From Dehalococcoidia bacterium (GTDB taxonomy: Bacteria > Chloroflexota > Dehalococcoidia > UBA2979), in assembly GCA_965219085.1 (NCBI GenBank), contig OZ244720.1, positions 2,848,001-2,912,000 on the forward strand: 64,000 nucleotides of DNA. The letters run 5' to 3'. This document shows, one piece after another, positions 8,894 through 18,055 of this stretch. The first letter of the stretch is position 1, and every line of letters starts with the position of its first letter. The position numbers and the translations under genes are program-made. The notes below the pieces were generated by a model. The model searched no databases and was not told the DNA's origin. It saw only the letters and a list, made by a program, of their open reading frames with translations.

Positions 8894-10984
8894 TCATGGC
8901 GCTTCCAGCGTCGCGCGGTACGCCTCGAACTGCTCGTGGAACTCCTCGAAGGTGAGGCCGAAGGCACCCTCGAACGCCTCGTCTCGGCTCGTGGCATCTG
9001 GAAGCCGGCGGTAGTAGTCGAAGACAGCCGGGTCGCCGGCGTGGTCGGCGAGCCACTCGACGGCGAGGAAGCCGAGAGCCCTGGTTGGCCACCTTCCGGC
9101 GGCGCGGGCACCGTCTGAGGTCGAGAGATCCGGGGCCGAAACGGGGTTGTAGACGGCGGCGGACGCCGCCAGATCGTGGAATTCCCCGACGACGAGCGTT
9201 CCGGCGGCTTCCCCGTACATGGCTTCGGCGTATGCGATGGCGCCGTCGTCGAACCAGGCGGGGGCCCGGCCGGAGGCGATCCCGGACGCGGGAATCGGTT
9301 GCTTGTGAGCCAGCTCGCGTATCAGCCCGCCGACGTAGAAATAGTCGAGCGGTGGCGAGGCGCCGCACTGTGCCAGCGTGAGCGCGCCCACTCCGTAGAG
9401 CGGCCAGCGGCGGCAGCTCTTGGAGTCATGCCAACCCGGGATGGCAGCAAGCGCCTCCTCGGCATCCGCTGCAACGTACAGGCTGAACTCTGTCGCTTCC
9501 GCCTCGAACCGGTCGGCGAAGAACTGCCGCACATCCTCGAACTCAGACCGGATCGCCAGGGCGGTCTCCAGTGGTACGCCCTCGAGCACCACCAGCACCG
9601 CCTCCTCCCTGGCGTCAGTGAGGTGCGGCAGCCGAGGGAAGGTCGCGGCCCGGTAGTCCGCGAACTGCTCGTAGAAGTCGTCAGCGCTGATGCCGAACGC
9701 CGCTCCGAAGGCGTCCTGCCAGTCGTCGGTATCGCGTATGAGACGGAAGTACTCGAAGACGGCGGGATCGCCGGCGCGGTCCGCGAGCCATTCCACGGCG
9801 AAGAAGCCGAGCCCCGCCTCGGCGCCGTTGAGCCACCCACTGCGGTTCTCGGTGACCTCGAACGCCTGCAACGGGAGTTCGGTTCGCCGGGCCCAGCCGT
9901 TCCAGTTCTCGCGTGAGCGGGTCGGCCTGAACCCGGCAGCCTCGTCATGCACGTGGCGTGCGTACTCGAACGAACCCTCGGTCAGCCAGCCCGGACCGCG
10001 TGGGTCGAGCCTGGGCCGCCCGCGCAGGCGAGAGCCCTTCCGGGCAGTCTCGGAGATCAGCGCGTCGAGATACTCCGCCGCCTGTGCACCGCCCTCGAAG
10101 AGGTACGCGCATCTGAGCACCCTGACCGTGACCGCGACAAAGTCGGTGCGTCCGCAGAAGCCATCAGTGCCGGGATCGCGACCGAACACGGCGCGATAGA
10201 TCGTGCGCACATCGTTGGTGTCTGCGCCGATGTAGTGGTGCCGGCCTCGCCCCACTGCCCCGAAGCGGACGGCGAAGAACGCCCTGGCGCCCTCGTACGC
10301 GGCAATGATCGCAGCCTGAGTGTCCTCCGGGATGTCGCCATGGAACGTAAACGGTGGCTTCTGTGCTCCGGGCTGCCACCAGCCGACTGGGTGCGAGGCC
10401 TCGATCCAGACGGCGGCTCCGTGTCTGAGCTCGGCGACGTCGCCTGCCGGGCTGGACACTGGGATGTATCGCACGTACCGCTGCGTCTGCGCGTCCCAAC
10501 CCCGCGCGAGCACCACGGCATCGCCGAGACGAGCCACGGCTTCGGCGACCGGCGTGCCGTCCTGACCCGTCCAGCCCACGAGGTTCTCCCCGGCGCGTAG
10601 GGAGAGCAGCACGCTCTCGCGCGACACCGCGCGGGCCCACTCGACGGTGGAGTCGCCACTGAGACGCAGCCACAGCCCCATGCCGGGTGTGAGCGTCGGC
10701 AGTTCGCCGTACCGGCGTCTCAGGGCGTGCAGGTGGGCCTGCGCGTCGGCGTCCCACGCCGACACCTGCCGCAGCGCCGGGATCGCGTCGAACAGCTCCG
10801 AGGTGGATGTGCTCGGCCCGACCCAGCCGACCATGTTCCAGCCGGGGTACAGCACCGTCGTGATCGTGTCCGCCTCCGGCGCCTCCTCTGAGGCGGCCAT
10901 CGTCCGGGCGGGCGCCATGCCCGAAGCCAGCACCAGGAGCGTGAAGGCGACGAGGGGTACCCGTCGGAGGTGGCTCACCGGCAC
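8894..10984 (-). CDS. Secreted paralogue 1 (duplicated YPGWNMVGW-type domain plus two degenerate peptidase-like modules)
   Basis: Intact 696-aa ORF with signal peptide; WLTEGSFEY and WFDDGAIAY motifs; two LGF(F/L)AVEWLAD repeats. Confidence 0.85.
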   Translation of the reverse strand: MPVSHLRRVPLVAFTLLVLASGMAPARTMAASEEAPEADTITTVLYPGWNMVGWVGPSTSTSELFDAIPALRQVSAWDADAQAHLHALRRRYGELPTLTPGMGLWLRLSGDSTVEWARAVSRESVLLSLRAGENLVGWTGQDGTPVAEAVARLGDAVVLARGWDAQTQRYVRYIPVSSPAGDVAELRHGAAVWIEASHPVGWWQPGAQKPPFTFHGDIPEDTQAAIIAAYEGARAFFAVRFGAVGRGRHHYIGADTNDVRTIYRAVFGRDPGTDGFCGRTDFVAVTVRVLRCAYLFEGGAQAAEYLDALISETARKGSRLRGRPRLDPRGPGWLTEGSFEYARHVHDEAAGFRPTRSRENWNGWARRTELPLQAFEVTENRSGWLNGAEAGLGFFAVEWLADRAGDPAVFEYFRLIRDTDDWQDAFGAAFGISADDFYEQFADYRAATFPRLPHLTDAREEAVLVVLEGVPLETALAIRSEFEDVRQFFADRFEAEATEFSLYVAADAEEALAAIPGWHDSKSCRRWPLYGVGALTLAQCGASPPLDYFYVGGLIRELAHKQPIPASGIASGRAPAWFDDGAIAYAEAMYGEAAGTLVVGEFHDLAASAAVYNPVSAPDLSTSDGARAAGRWPTRALGFLAVEWLADHAGDPAVFDYYRRLPDATSRDEAFEGAFGLTFEEFHEQFEAYRATLEAP

Positions 10985-11115
10985 GCGTGGCTCCCCTCCG
11001 CGGCCCCGGCGCAGCAGGGCGCGTAAAGAATACGCGCACGGGGCGCGGATGGTTCCCTCCGCTGCACGGACTGGTCGGGGCGGCAGCGTCTGGCGCGGTT
11101 GCGCGCTATCCTCGA

Positions 11116-11886
11116 ATGGACATGACCACCACCCGCTCCAGACGCTCGCGCGCCCGCCCGCGCCTCGACGTATTGCTCGTCGAGCGCGGTCTTGCGCCCT
11201 CGCCTGAGCGCGCGCGTGCGCTCGTGCTCGCGCGCGACGTGCGCGTCGACGGCACGGTCGCGACGCGCCCCGCCCAGCAGGTGGCGGACGGCGCGGCCAT
11301 CGAGGTGCGCGAGCCGCCGCCGTTCGTCAGCCGGGGCGGGGAGAAGCTCGCGCGCGCGCTCGACCGCACCGGCGTCGACGTGCATGGGCTGCGTTGCCTG
11401 GACGTCGGCGCTTCGACCGGGGGGTTCACCGACTGCCTGCTCCAACGCGGCGCGCGCGAGGTCGTGGCCGTCGACGCCGGCTACGGGCAGCTCGCGCAGC
11501 GGCTCCGCGACGACCCGCGTGTCGAGGTGCGCGAGCGCACGAACGCGCGCACGCTCGAGCCGCTCGACCCGCCGGCCGACCTGGCGGTCACCGACGTATC
11601 GTTCATCTCGCTCACCCTCGTGCTGCCGGCCGTGCTCGGCTCATTGCGGGGCGGCGCCGACGTGCTGGCGCTCGTGAAGCCGCAGTTCGAGGCTGAACGC
11701 GCCGACGTGCAGCGCGGCGGCATCGTGCATGACCCGGTCGTCCACGCCCGCGTCGTCGGTCGCGTGGCCGCCTGGGCCATCGACCGAGGCGTGCGGGTGC
11801 GCGGCGTCGTGCGCTCGCCGCTGCGGGGCCCGGCGGGGAACCGCGAGTTCTTCGTGTGGCTGCGCACGACCACGGAGGCGGCATGA
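11116..11886 (+). CDS. tlyA: TlyA family rRNA methyltransferase
   Basis: S4 domain RLDVLLVERGL, FVSRGGEKL, DVGASTGGFTD, LVKPQFE, GNREF. Confidence 0.95.
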   Translation: MDMTTTRSRRSRARPRLDVLLVERGLAPSPERARALVLARDVRVDGTVATRPAQQVADGAAIEVREPPPFVSRGGEKLARALDRTGVDVHGLRCLDVGASTGGFTDCLLQRGAREVVAVDAGYGQLAQRLRDDPRVEVRERTNARTLEPLDPPADLAVTDVSFISLTLVLPAVLGSLRGGADVLALVKPQFEAERADVQRGGIVHDPVVHARVVGRVAAWAIDRGVRVRGVVRSPLRGPAGNREFFVWLRTTTEAA

Positions 11887-12794
11887 GCAGCGAGCGCGGC
11901 GGCGGCGCGATCCAGCGGTGTGGCGTGTGCTACCACCCCGACGTGACCGGCGCGGCGCAGCTCGCACAACAGCTGTGCGATCAGGCCGCGGAGGCAGGCT
12001 GCGACGTCTGGATGGCCGCACTCGAGCGCGATGGGAACCCGTCGCCGGATGGCGGCGCGGTGGCCGCTCAGCTGCCGGGCACCGACCTGCTCGTCTGCGT
12101 CGGCGGCGACGGCACCATGCTGCAGGCGTCCGGGCTCGCCTCGCTGCTCGGCGTGCCGGTGTTCGGGGTGCGCATGGGCCGCCTCGGGTTCCTCGCGGAG
12201 TCCACCGAGGGCGAGGCCGAGGCCGCGCTCGGGCTGATCCTCCTCGGCGAAGGCCGCATCGAGGAGCGCACGATGGCGCAGGCATCCGTCGTGGACGCGA
12301 GCGGGGAGGCCGAGGCGCTGCACGCGCTGAACGACGTCGTGATCGGCCGCAACCGCCTCGGCCGCACCGTCACGGTCGGCCTGAGCGTCGACGGCGTGCT
12401 GCTCGCCGAGTACCGCGCCGACGCCGTCGTGGTGGCGACGGCGACGGGCTCGACGGGGTACACGCTCGCGATCAACGGCCCAATCCTCTACCCGACCTCG
12501 CCGGAGTTGATCGTGGGCGCGGTCGCGCCGCACCTGTCGTACGGCAACGCGCTGGTCGTGCGCGGCGAGACGGAGATCACGCTGCGGATGGCCCGCGGCT
12601 ACGAGGCGATGATGACCGTCGACGGCCATCACGAGCGCCCGGTGCCGTCCGGCACCGTCGTGCGCGTCACGCGCTCTCCTCGCGTCGCGCGCTTCGTGCG
12701 GCTCGGTGGGGAGCGGCAGTTCTACGCGAACCTCGCGCTGCGGCTGGGCTGGCTGCGCATCGACCACCAGCTCGACGCCGACGACGGCGAGTGA
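11883..12794 (+). CDS. nadK: NAD kinase
   Basis: GGDGT, GRLGFL, ALND, TATGSTGY motifs; ATGA overlap with tlyA. Confidence 0.95.
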   Translation: MSSERGGGAIQRCGVCYHPDVTGAAQLAQQLCDQAAEAGCDVWMAALERDGNPSPDGGAVAAQLPGTDLLVCVGGDGTMLQASGLASLLGVPVFGVRMGRLGFLAESTEGEAEAALGLILLGEGRIEERTMAQASVVDASGEAEALHALNDVVIGRNRLGRTVTVGLSVDGVLLAEYRADAVVVATATGSTGYTLAINGPILYPTSPELIVGAVAPHLSYGNALVVRGETEITLRMARGYEAMMTVDGHHERPVPSGTVVRVTRSPRVARFVRLGGERQFYANLALRLGWLRIDHQLDADDGE

Positions 12795-12846
12795 GGGCTG
12801 CGGGCGGGGTGATGCCTATCGCGCCGCGCGGTTCTATCCTGTACGC

Positions 12847-13386
12847 ATGACTACGGACATCGCCGCCCTTCCAGCCTCGCTCCCCGATGGCGCCGTGGTG
12901 GACCGCGCAACCGTCGGGGATGTCGACGCGATCACTGACCTCGTCAACTTCTGGGCGGCGCGCGGCGACATGCTGCCGCGCACCAAGGGCGAGACCTACG
13001 AGAACCTGCGCGACTTCTTCGTGATCCGCGAGGACGGCGCGGTCGTCGCGTGCGGGGCGCTCCACATCGTGTGGGCCGACATCGCCGAGCTGAAGTCGCT
13101 CGCCGTCTCCGAGAACTGCCAGGGCCGCGGCTACGGCCAGCACCTCGTGCGCGCGTGCGTCGAGGAGGCGTCCCGGCTCGGCCTCGATCGCGTGTTCGCG
13201 CTCACCTACAAGCCCGAGTTCTTCGAGCAGTTCGGCTTCATCCAGGCCGACGTGATGGCGCTGCCGCGCAAGGTGTGGAACGAGTGCTACCGCTGCCCGA
13301 AGTTCCCCGGCTGCAACGAGATCGCGATCACGCTCGACCTCCCCGGCCGCACGGCCGAGCCGGCCGCCGCCGCAGTCGCGCTGTGA
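12847..13386 (+). CDS. argA: Short-form amino-acid N-acetyltransferase (GNAT, ArgA-like)
   Basis: MLPR..YENLRDF, AELKSLAV, QGRGYG, LPRKVWNECYRCPKF. Confidence 0.8.
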   Translation: MTTDIAALPASLPDGAVVDRATVGDVDAITDLVNFWAARGDMLPRTKGETYENLRDFFVIREDGAVVACGALHIVWADIAELKSLAVSENCQGRGYGQHLVRACVEEASRLGLDRVFALTYKPEFFEQFGFIQADVMALPRKVWNECYRCPKFPGCNEIAITLDLPGRTAEPAAAAVAL

Positions 13387-13946
13387 CGCCTGACCCGCTG
13401 CCCGAAGTCCTCAGCAGCGAACGCGTCTACGAAGGCCGCGTCTTCGACATCGAGCACGACGCGATCCGCTTCCCGGACGGCGTCGAGGCGATGCGCGCGA
13501 CCGTGCGCCACCCCGGCGCGGTCGCCCTCGTGGTCATCGACGACGACGGGCGCTGGCTGCTCGTCGAGCAGTACCGCCACCCGGCCGGGCAGCGGCTGCT
13601 CGAGATCCCGGCCGGCACGCGCGAGCCCGGCGAGGCGCCGGACGTCACCGCGCACCGCGAGTTGCGCGAGGAGACCGGCTACGACGCCGACTCGCTCGTG
13701 CGCATCGGCGGCGCGTGGATGGCGCCGGGCTTCACCTCGGAGTACATCGACTTCTACCTCGCGACCGGCCTGCGCGAGGCGCCGCTCGACACCGGCGACG
13801 AGGAGGACCTCGGCGCGCCGATCCCGTACACGCGCGAAGCGATCGAGGCGGCCGTCGCCGACGGCACGATCGAGGACGCGAAGACCCTGGTCGCGCTACA
13901 GCTCTACGAGCTGCACTCGCAGCGGGGGGACGCAGCAGCGGGCTGA
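13383..13946 (+). CDS. NUDIX hydrolase (ADP-ribose pyrophosphatase-like)
   Basis: HPGAV, QYRHP, Nudix box EIPAG...AHRELREETG, DAKT. Confidence 0.9.
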   Translation: MTPDPLPEVLSSERVYEGRVFDIEHDAIRFPDGVEAMRATVRHPGAVALVVIDDDGRWLLVEQYRHPAGQRLLEIPAGTREPGEAPDVTAHRELREETGYDADSLVRIGGAWMAPGFTSEYIDFYLATGLREAPLDTGDEEDLGAPIPYTREAIEAAVADGTIEDAKTLVALQLYELHSQRGDAAAG

Positions 13947-13971
13947 GCGCGCGTAGCGGGCCGGACGGCGG

Positions 13972-14255
13972 CTAGACGCCGTCCATCACGATGATGCTCG
14001 TGTCTGACGTGGGGTTGAGGATCTCCACGAACTCGGCGTAGCTGTCCGAATCGAGCCAGGCCCTGGCCGCATCCGCGTTGTCGAACTCGACTACGACGAA
14101 GCGAGGCGGCGCCCAATCGCCCTGGCGTACGTCGCCGCCGCCGCCGCGGAGGATGTACTTGCCGCCGTGGCGCTCGATGCCGGCACACCCGCGGCGAACT
14201 CGGCGAAGCCCGCCTCATCGGTTACGCGCACATCGGCGACTACGTATCCAGCCAA
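13972..14255 (-). pseudogene. DUF1330-family protein, frameshifted near 14180
   Basis: TTG start after GGAGG: [19 protein letters not shown]..., then in another frame [12 protein letters not shown]...FVVVEFD...SDSY...IIVMDGV*. Confidence 0.7.
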
Positions 14256-14489
14256 CGTGCGGCCTCCCTCTCGCGCGATCGTGCCCGCGCACAGCACGCG
14301 GCCTCCGGAGTCCCTGTGAAGCCTCGGCGGCACGTCAACGCGCAGGCAGGATCGAGCCGTGACGATCGGCTGACGCCGGACCTGTCGCGGGTGGGCCGCG
14401 CCCGCTTGACCATGACCGCACCCCCGGCAATAGTCAGCCTCGCCACCGGCCACGCGGGGCCCGGGGGAGTGCGGCACAAAGGGGCAGCC

Positions 14490-16250
14490 GTGGCAGACGA
14501 CCTGCAACACGACATCCTCATCGTCGGCGGCGGCGGCGCGGGCCTGCGCGCCGTGATCGCAGCCGCCGAGGCGCACCCCGACCTCGACATCGCAATGGTC
14601 TCCAAGGTCTACCCGATGCGCAGCCACACGGTCTCCGCCGAGGGCGGCGCCGCAGCCGTGATCAAAGAGGACGACAGCTTCGACGAGCACATCCACGACA
14701 CCATCAGCGGCGCCGACTGGCTCGCCGACCAGGACGCCGTCGAACTGTTCGTCAACGAGGCCCCCGGCGAGATGATCCAGCTCGAGCACTGGGGTTGCCC
14801 GTGGAGCCGCGAGGAGGACGGCAGCGTCGCCGTCCGCCCCTTCGGCGGGATGCGCATCCGGCGCACCTGGTACGCCGCCGACAAGACCGGCTTTCACATG
14901 CTCCACACGCTGTTCCAGACCTCGCTCAAGCACACCGCCGTCAAGCGCTACGACGAGTGGTTCGCGACGCGCCTGCTCGTCGAGGACGGGCGCTGCCAGG
15001 GCGTCATCGCGATCGAGATGCGGACCGGCGAGGTCCACGCGATCCGCGCGCGCTCGGTGATCATGTGCACCGGCGGCGGCGGGCGCGTCTTCCCGTTCAC
15101 CACCAACGCCGCGATCAAGACCGGCGACGGCATGGCGATGGCGTACCGTGCCGGCGTCGCGCTCAAGGACATGGAGTTCGTCCAGTACCACCCCACGGGC
15201 CTGCCCGGCACCGGCATCCTCATCACCGAGGCAGCCCGCGGCGAGGGCGGCATCCTGGTCAACAGCGAGGGTCACCGCTACCTCGAGGACTACAACCTCG
15301 GCGATCCCGTCCCCATCGACGACCCGCGCCACCCGCAGCTCCGCACCATGGAACTCGGTCCGCGCGACAAGCTCTCGCAGGCCTTCATGAAGGAGCAGGA
15401 CGCGGGCCGCGTCTTCCACGGCGAGTACGGCACCTATACCCACCTCGACGTGCGGCACCTCGGCGAGCAGCTGATCGAGGAGCGCATCCCGTTCGTGCGC
15501 GAGCTCGCGAAGAACTACGCGGGCATCGACCCGGTGCATGAGCCGATCCCGGTGCGGCCCGTCGTGCACTACATGATGGGCGGCATCCACACCAACACGA
15601 ACGGCGAGACGAGCCTGCCGGGCCTGTTCGCCGCGGGCGAGTGCGCCTGCGTCAGCATCAACGGCGCGAACCGCCTCGGCTCCAACTCCCTGACGGAGCT
15701 GCTCGTGTTCGGCCGCCGCGCCGGCCTCGCCGCCGCCGAGTTCGCGCGCGAACACCCCGACCTCGACAGCGACGCGCTCGAGGCGCAGCGCGCCGACGAG
15801 GAGGCCTCGATCGCCGCGCGCTTCCGCACCCCGCGCGACGGCGGCGAGCGCCTCGTCACCATCCGCCGCGAGCTCAACGCCACGATGGAAGCAGGCGTCG
15901 GCGTCTATCGCGAAGAGGCGCTGCTACAGGCCACGACCGAGAAGGTCGCCGAGCTCAAGGAGCGCTTCGAGAACGTCGCCATCGACGACCACAGCAAGAG
16001 CTTCAACACCGAGCTCACCACCGCGATCGAGCTCGGCTTCCTGCTCGAAGTCGGCGAGGCGGTCGCACACTCCGCGCTCCAGCGCACCGAGTCGCGCGGC
16101 TCGCACCAGCGCATCGACCACCCCGACCGCGACGACGACCAGTTCCTCAAGCACTCGCTCGCGTTCCGCACCGACGGCGCGCCGCGCATCGAGTACTCGG
16201 ACGTGACGATCACCAAGTGGCCGCCCGCCGAGCGGACCTACGGCAACTAG
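14490..16250 (+). CDS. frdA: Fumarate reductase/succinate dehydrogenase flavoprotein
   Basis: [16 protein letters not shown] (covalent FAD His), [28 protein letters not shown]. Confidence 0.95.
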   Translation: MADDLQHDILIVGGGGAGLRAVIAAAEAHPDLDIAMVSKVYPMRSHTVSAEGGAAAVIKEDDSFDEHIHDTISGADWLADQDAVELFVNEAPGEMIQLEHWGCPWSREEDGSVAVRPFGGMRIRRTWYAADKTGFHMLHTLFQTSLKHTAVKRYDEWFATRLLVEDGRCQGVIAIEMRTGEVHAIRARSVIMCTGGGGRVFPFTTNAAIKTGDGMAMAYRAGVALKDMEFVQYHPTGLPGTGILITEAARGEGGILVNSEGHRYLEDYNLGDPVPIDDPRHPQLRTMELGPRDKLSQAFMKEQDAGRVFHGEYGTYTHLDVRHLGEQLIEERIPFVRELAKNYAGIDPVHEPIPVRPVVHYMMGGIHTNTNGETSLPGLFAAGECACVSINGANRLGSNSLTELLVFGRRAGLAAAEFAREHPDLDSDALEAQRADEEASIAARFRTPRDGGERLVTIRRELNATMEAGVGVYREEALLQATTEKVAELKERFENVAIDDHSKSFNTELTTAIELGFLLEVGEAVAHSALQRTESRGSHQRIDHPDRDDDQFLKHSLAFRTDGAPRIEYSDVTITKWPPAERTYGN

Positions 16251-16267
16251 CGAGACCTGGAGGCATC

Positions 16268-17056
16268 GTGACGACCGAAGCCATCGCCGCCGAGGCTGCC
16301 CCCACCGGCCAAACCGTCACGCTCGAGGTGTTCCGCTACCACCCCGACACGGACACGGAGCCCTCGTACCAGAGCTACGAGGTGCCGTACCGCGAGGAAT
16401 GGGTGGTCCTCGACGCGCTGAACTGGCTCAAGGACGAGGTCGACGGCACGCTCAGCTATCGCTGGTCGTGCCGGATGGGCGTCTGCGGCAGCTGCGGGAT
16501 GATGGTCAACGGCTACCCGCGCCTCACCTGCAACGCCTTCCTGCGCGAGTTCCTGCCCGGCCCGATCCGCGTCGAGCCGCTGCGCGGCTTCCCCGTCGAG
16601 CGCGACATGGTGACGGTCCTCGACGACTTCATGGACAAGCTCACCGACGTGAAGCCGTGGATCATCCGCGAGGTCGAGCAGCCGGTCGAGGAGGGCGAGT
16701 ACCTTCAGTCGCCCTCGCAGCTCGCGGACTTCAAGCAGTTCAGCATGTGCATCAACTGCATGCTCTGCTACGCGGCCTGCCCCGTGTACGAGCACGAGGA
16801 CGACTTCCTCGGCCCCGCCGCGCTCGCCCTCGCGCAGCGCTACAACCTCGACTCTCGCGACGAGGGCAACGCGCAGCGCGAGGAGCTGATCTGGTCCGAC
16901 GAGGGCATCTGGGACTGCACGTTCGTTGGCGAGTGCAGCGAGGTCTGCCCCAAGCACGTCGACCCGGCGGGCGCCATCCAGCAGGCCAAGGTTGAGGCGA
17001 CGAACAGCTTCTTCATCTCGCTGCTGCCTTTCACGCCGCCGGGGATGGGTCGCTAG
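16268..17056 (+). CDS. frdB: Fumarate reductase iron-sulfur subunit
   Basis: SCRMGVCGSC, CINCMLCYAACP, CTFVGECSEVCPK; GGAGG RBS. Confidence 0.95.
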   Translation: MTTEAIAAEAAPTGQTVTLEVFRYHPDTDTEPSYQSYEVPYREEWVVLDALNWLKDEVDGTLSYRWSCRMGVCGSCGMMVNGYPRLTCNAFLREFLPGPIRVEPLRGFPVERDMVTVLDDFMDKLTDVKPWIIREVEQPVEEGEYLQSPSQLADFKQFSMCINCMLCYAACPVYEHEDDFLGPAALALAQRYNLDSRDEGNAQREELIWSDEGIWDCTFVGECSEVCPKHVDPAGAIQQAKVEATNSFFISLLPFTPPGMGR

Positions 17057-17058
17057 CG

Positions 17059-17448
17059 ATGCCCGGACCGCTCCCACGAGCCAAGTCCAACGCGTGGTGG
17101 AACCGGAGCTGGGCGTACCGCCTGGTCCTGCTGCGCGAGCTCTCTTCCGTCTTCGTCGCAGCCTACATCGTGCTGCTGCTCGTGCTGGTCACGCAGGTGC
17201 GGGACGGCGAGGGCGCGTTCAACGACTACCTCGACCTGTTGCAGAACCCGGTGTTCTGGGTCCTCCACGCGGTGATTCTCGGCTTTGCACAGCTGCATAC
17301 GTCGACGTGGTTCCGGCTCACACCGAAGGCGCTGGGGTCCAGGGTGGCCGGCAAGCCGGTACCGCCGCAGCTCATGGTCTTCGGGATGTACGTGCTCTGG
17401 GCGGGCGCCTCGATCGTGGTGCTTGCGGCCTTCCTGGTGGACTGGTAG
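17059..17448 (+). CDS. frdC: Fumarate reductase membrane anchor C
   Basis: WW...LRELSSVF, HTSTWF.L.PK; three hydrophobic segments; operon position. Confidence 0.85.
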   Translation: MPGPLPRAKSNAWWNRSWAYRLVLLRELSSVFVAAYIVLLLVLVTQVRDGEGAFNDYLDLLQNPVFWVLHAVILGFAQLHTSTWFRLTPKALGSRVAGKPVPPQLMVFGMYVLWAGASIVVLAAFLVDW

Positions 17449-17460
17449 GGGAGGCGCGCC

Positions 17461-17790
17461 GTGCGACCCTCGAACGAGCCGTTCTGGTGGGCGATGTTCT
17501 CCGCGGGCGGGATGGTCGTCGCGCTGCTGCTGCCCGTCCTGATCATCATGACCGGCTTCGTCGTCCCCGCCGGGGGCGTCGAGTTCGACCAGCTCGACAA
17601 GCTCTTCAACAACCCGCTCGTACGGCTGATCATCCTCGGCGTGGCGTTCCTGTCGTTCTTCCACGCCGCGCACCGCATCCGCCACACGCTGAAGGACCTC
17701 GGCCTGCGCTCGGTTGCGACGCCGCTGGCGGGGGTCTGCTACGCTGCGGCCCTTGCCGGGACCGTGTGGGCAGCGCTGGTGGTGCTGTAG
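17461..17790 (+). CDS. frdD: Fumarate reductase membrane anchor D
   Basis: SNEPFWWAMFSAGG and HAAHRIRHTLKDL, typical of FrdD. Confidence 0.9.
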   Translation: MRPSNEPFWWAMFSAGGMVVALLLPVLIIMTGFVVPAGGVEFDQLDKLFNNPLVRLIILGVAFLSFFHAAHRIRHTLKDLGLRSVATPLAGVCYAAALAGTVWAALVVL

Positions 17791-17824
17791 CCCCTCGCCC
17801 GTTCCGGGAACTGCGAGGGACCCC

Positions 17825-18001
17825 ATGACCGACCGACTCACCCAGCTGTTCACGGCTGTCGGCGCGGGCGTCGTGGTCGGCGTGATCGTCGGCCTGCTCG
17901 CTGAGCTTGCCGCCGACCCGCCGTCGTTCGTGACGGGCGGGCTTGCGGGCATCCTCGGCGCCGTCGTCGCCGTCTTCGTCACCTCGAGGCGGAGCGCGTA
18001 G
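17825..18001 (+). CDS. Small two-TM membrane protein
   Basis: GAGGGA RBS, ATG, two hydrophobic helices. Confidence 0.55.
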   Translation: MTDRLTQLFTAVGAGVVVGVIVGLLAELAADPPSFVTGGLAGILGAVVAVFVTSRRSA

Positions 18002-18055
18002 CGCTCAGGGGTTGCCCGGCCGCCGAGGAGCGTTCGACCTCTGGCGCCATAGGGC

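Larger units (their letters stand above)
5213..8897 (-). pseudogene. Secreted paralogue 2 (two peptidase-like modules), multiply frameshifted and interrupted by the IS at 5309-6936
   Basis: Homologous segments are spread over frames 8580-9368, 7861-9111, 7745-8647, 7542-7748 and 6857-7666. The tail resumes below 5308 (WRERFEATFGIAVDAF*EEFEEHR) with an in-frame TAA at 5255-5257. Confidence 0.8.

Noticed and set aside
2840-10984. Diversity-generating retroelement acting on the paralogue array
   Set aside because: No reverse transcriptase in the window, and differences between repeats are not confined to adenines.
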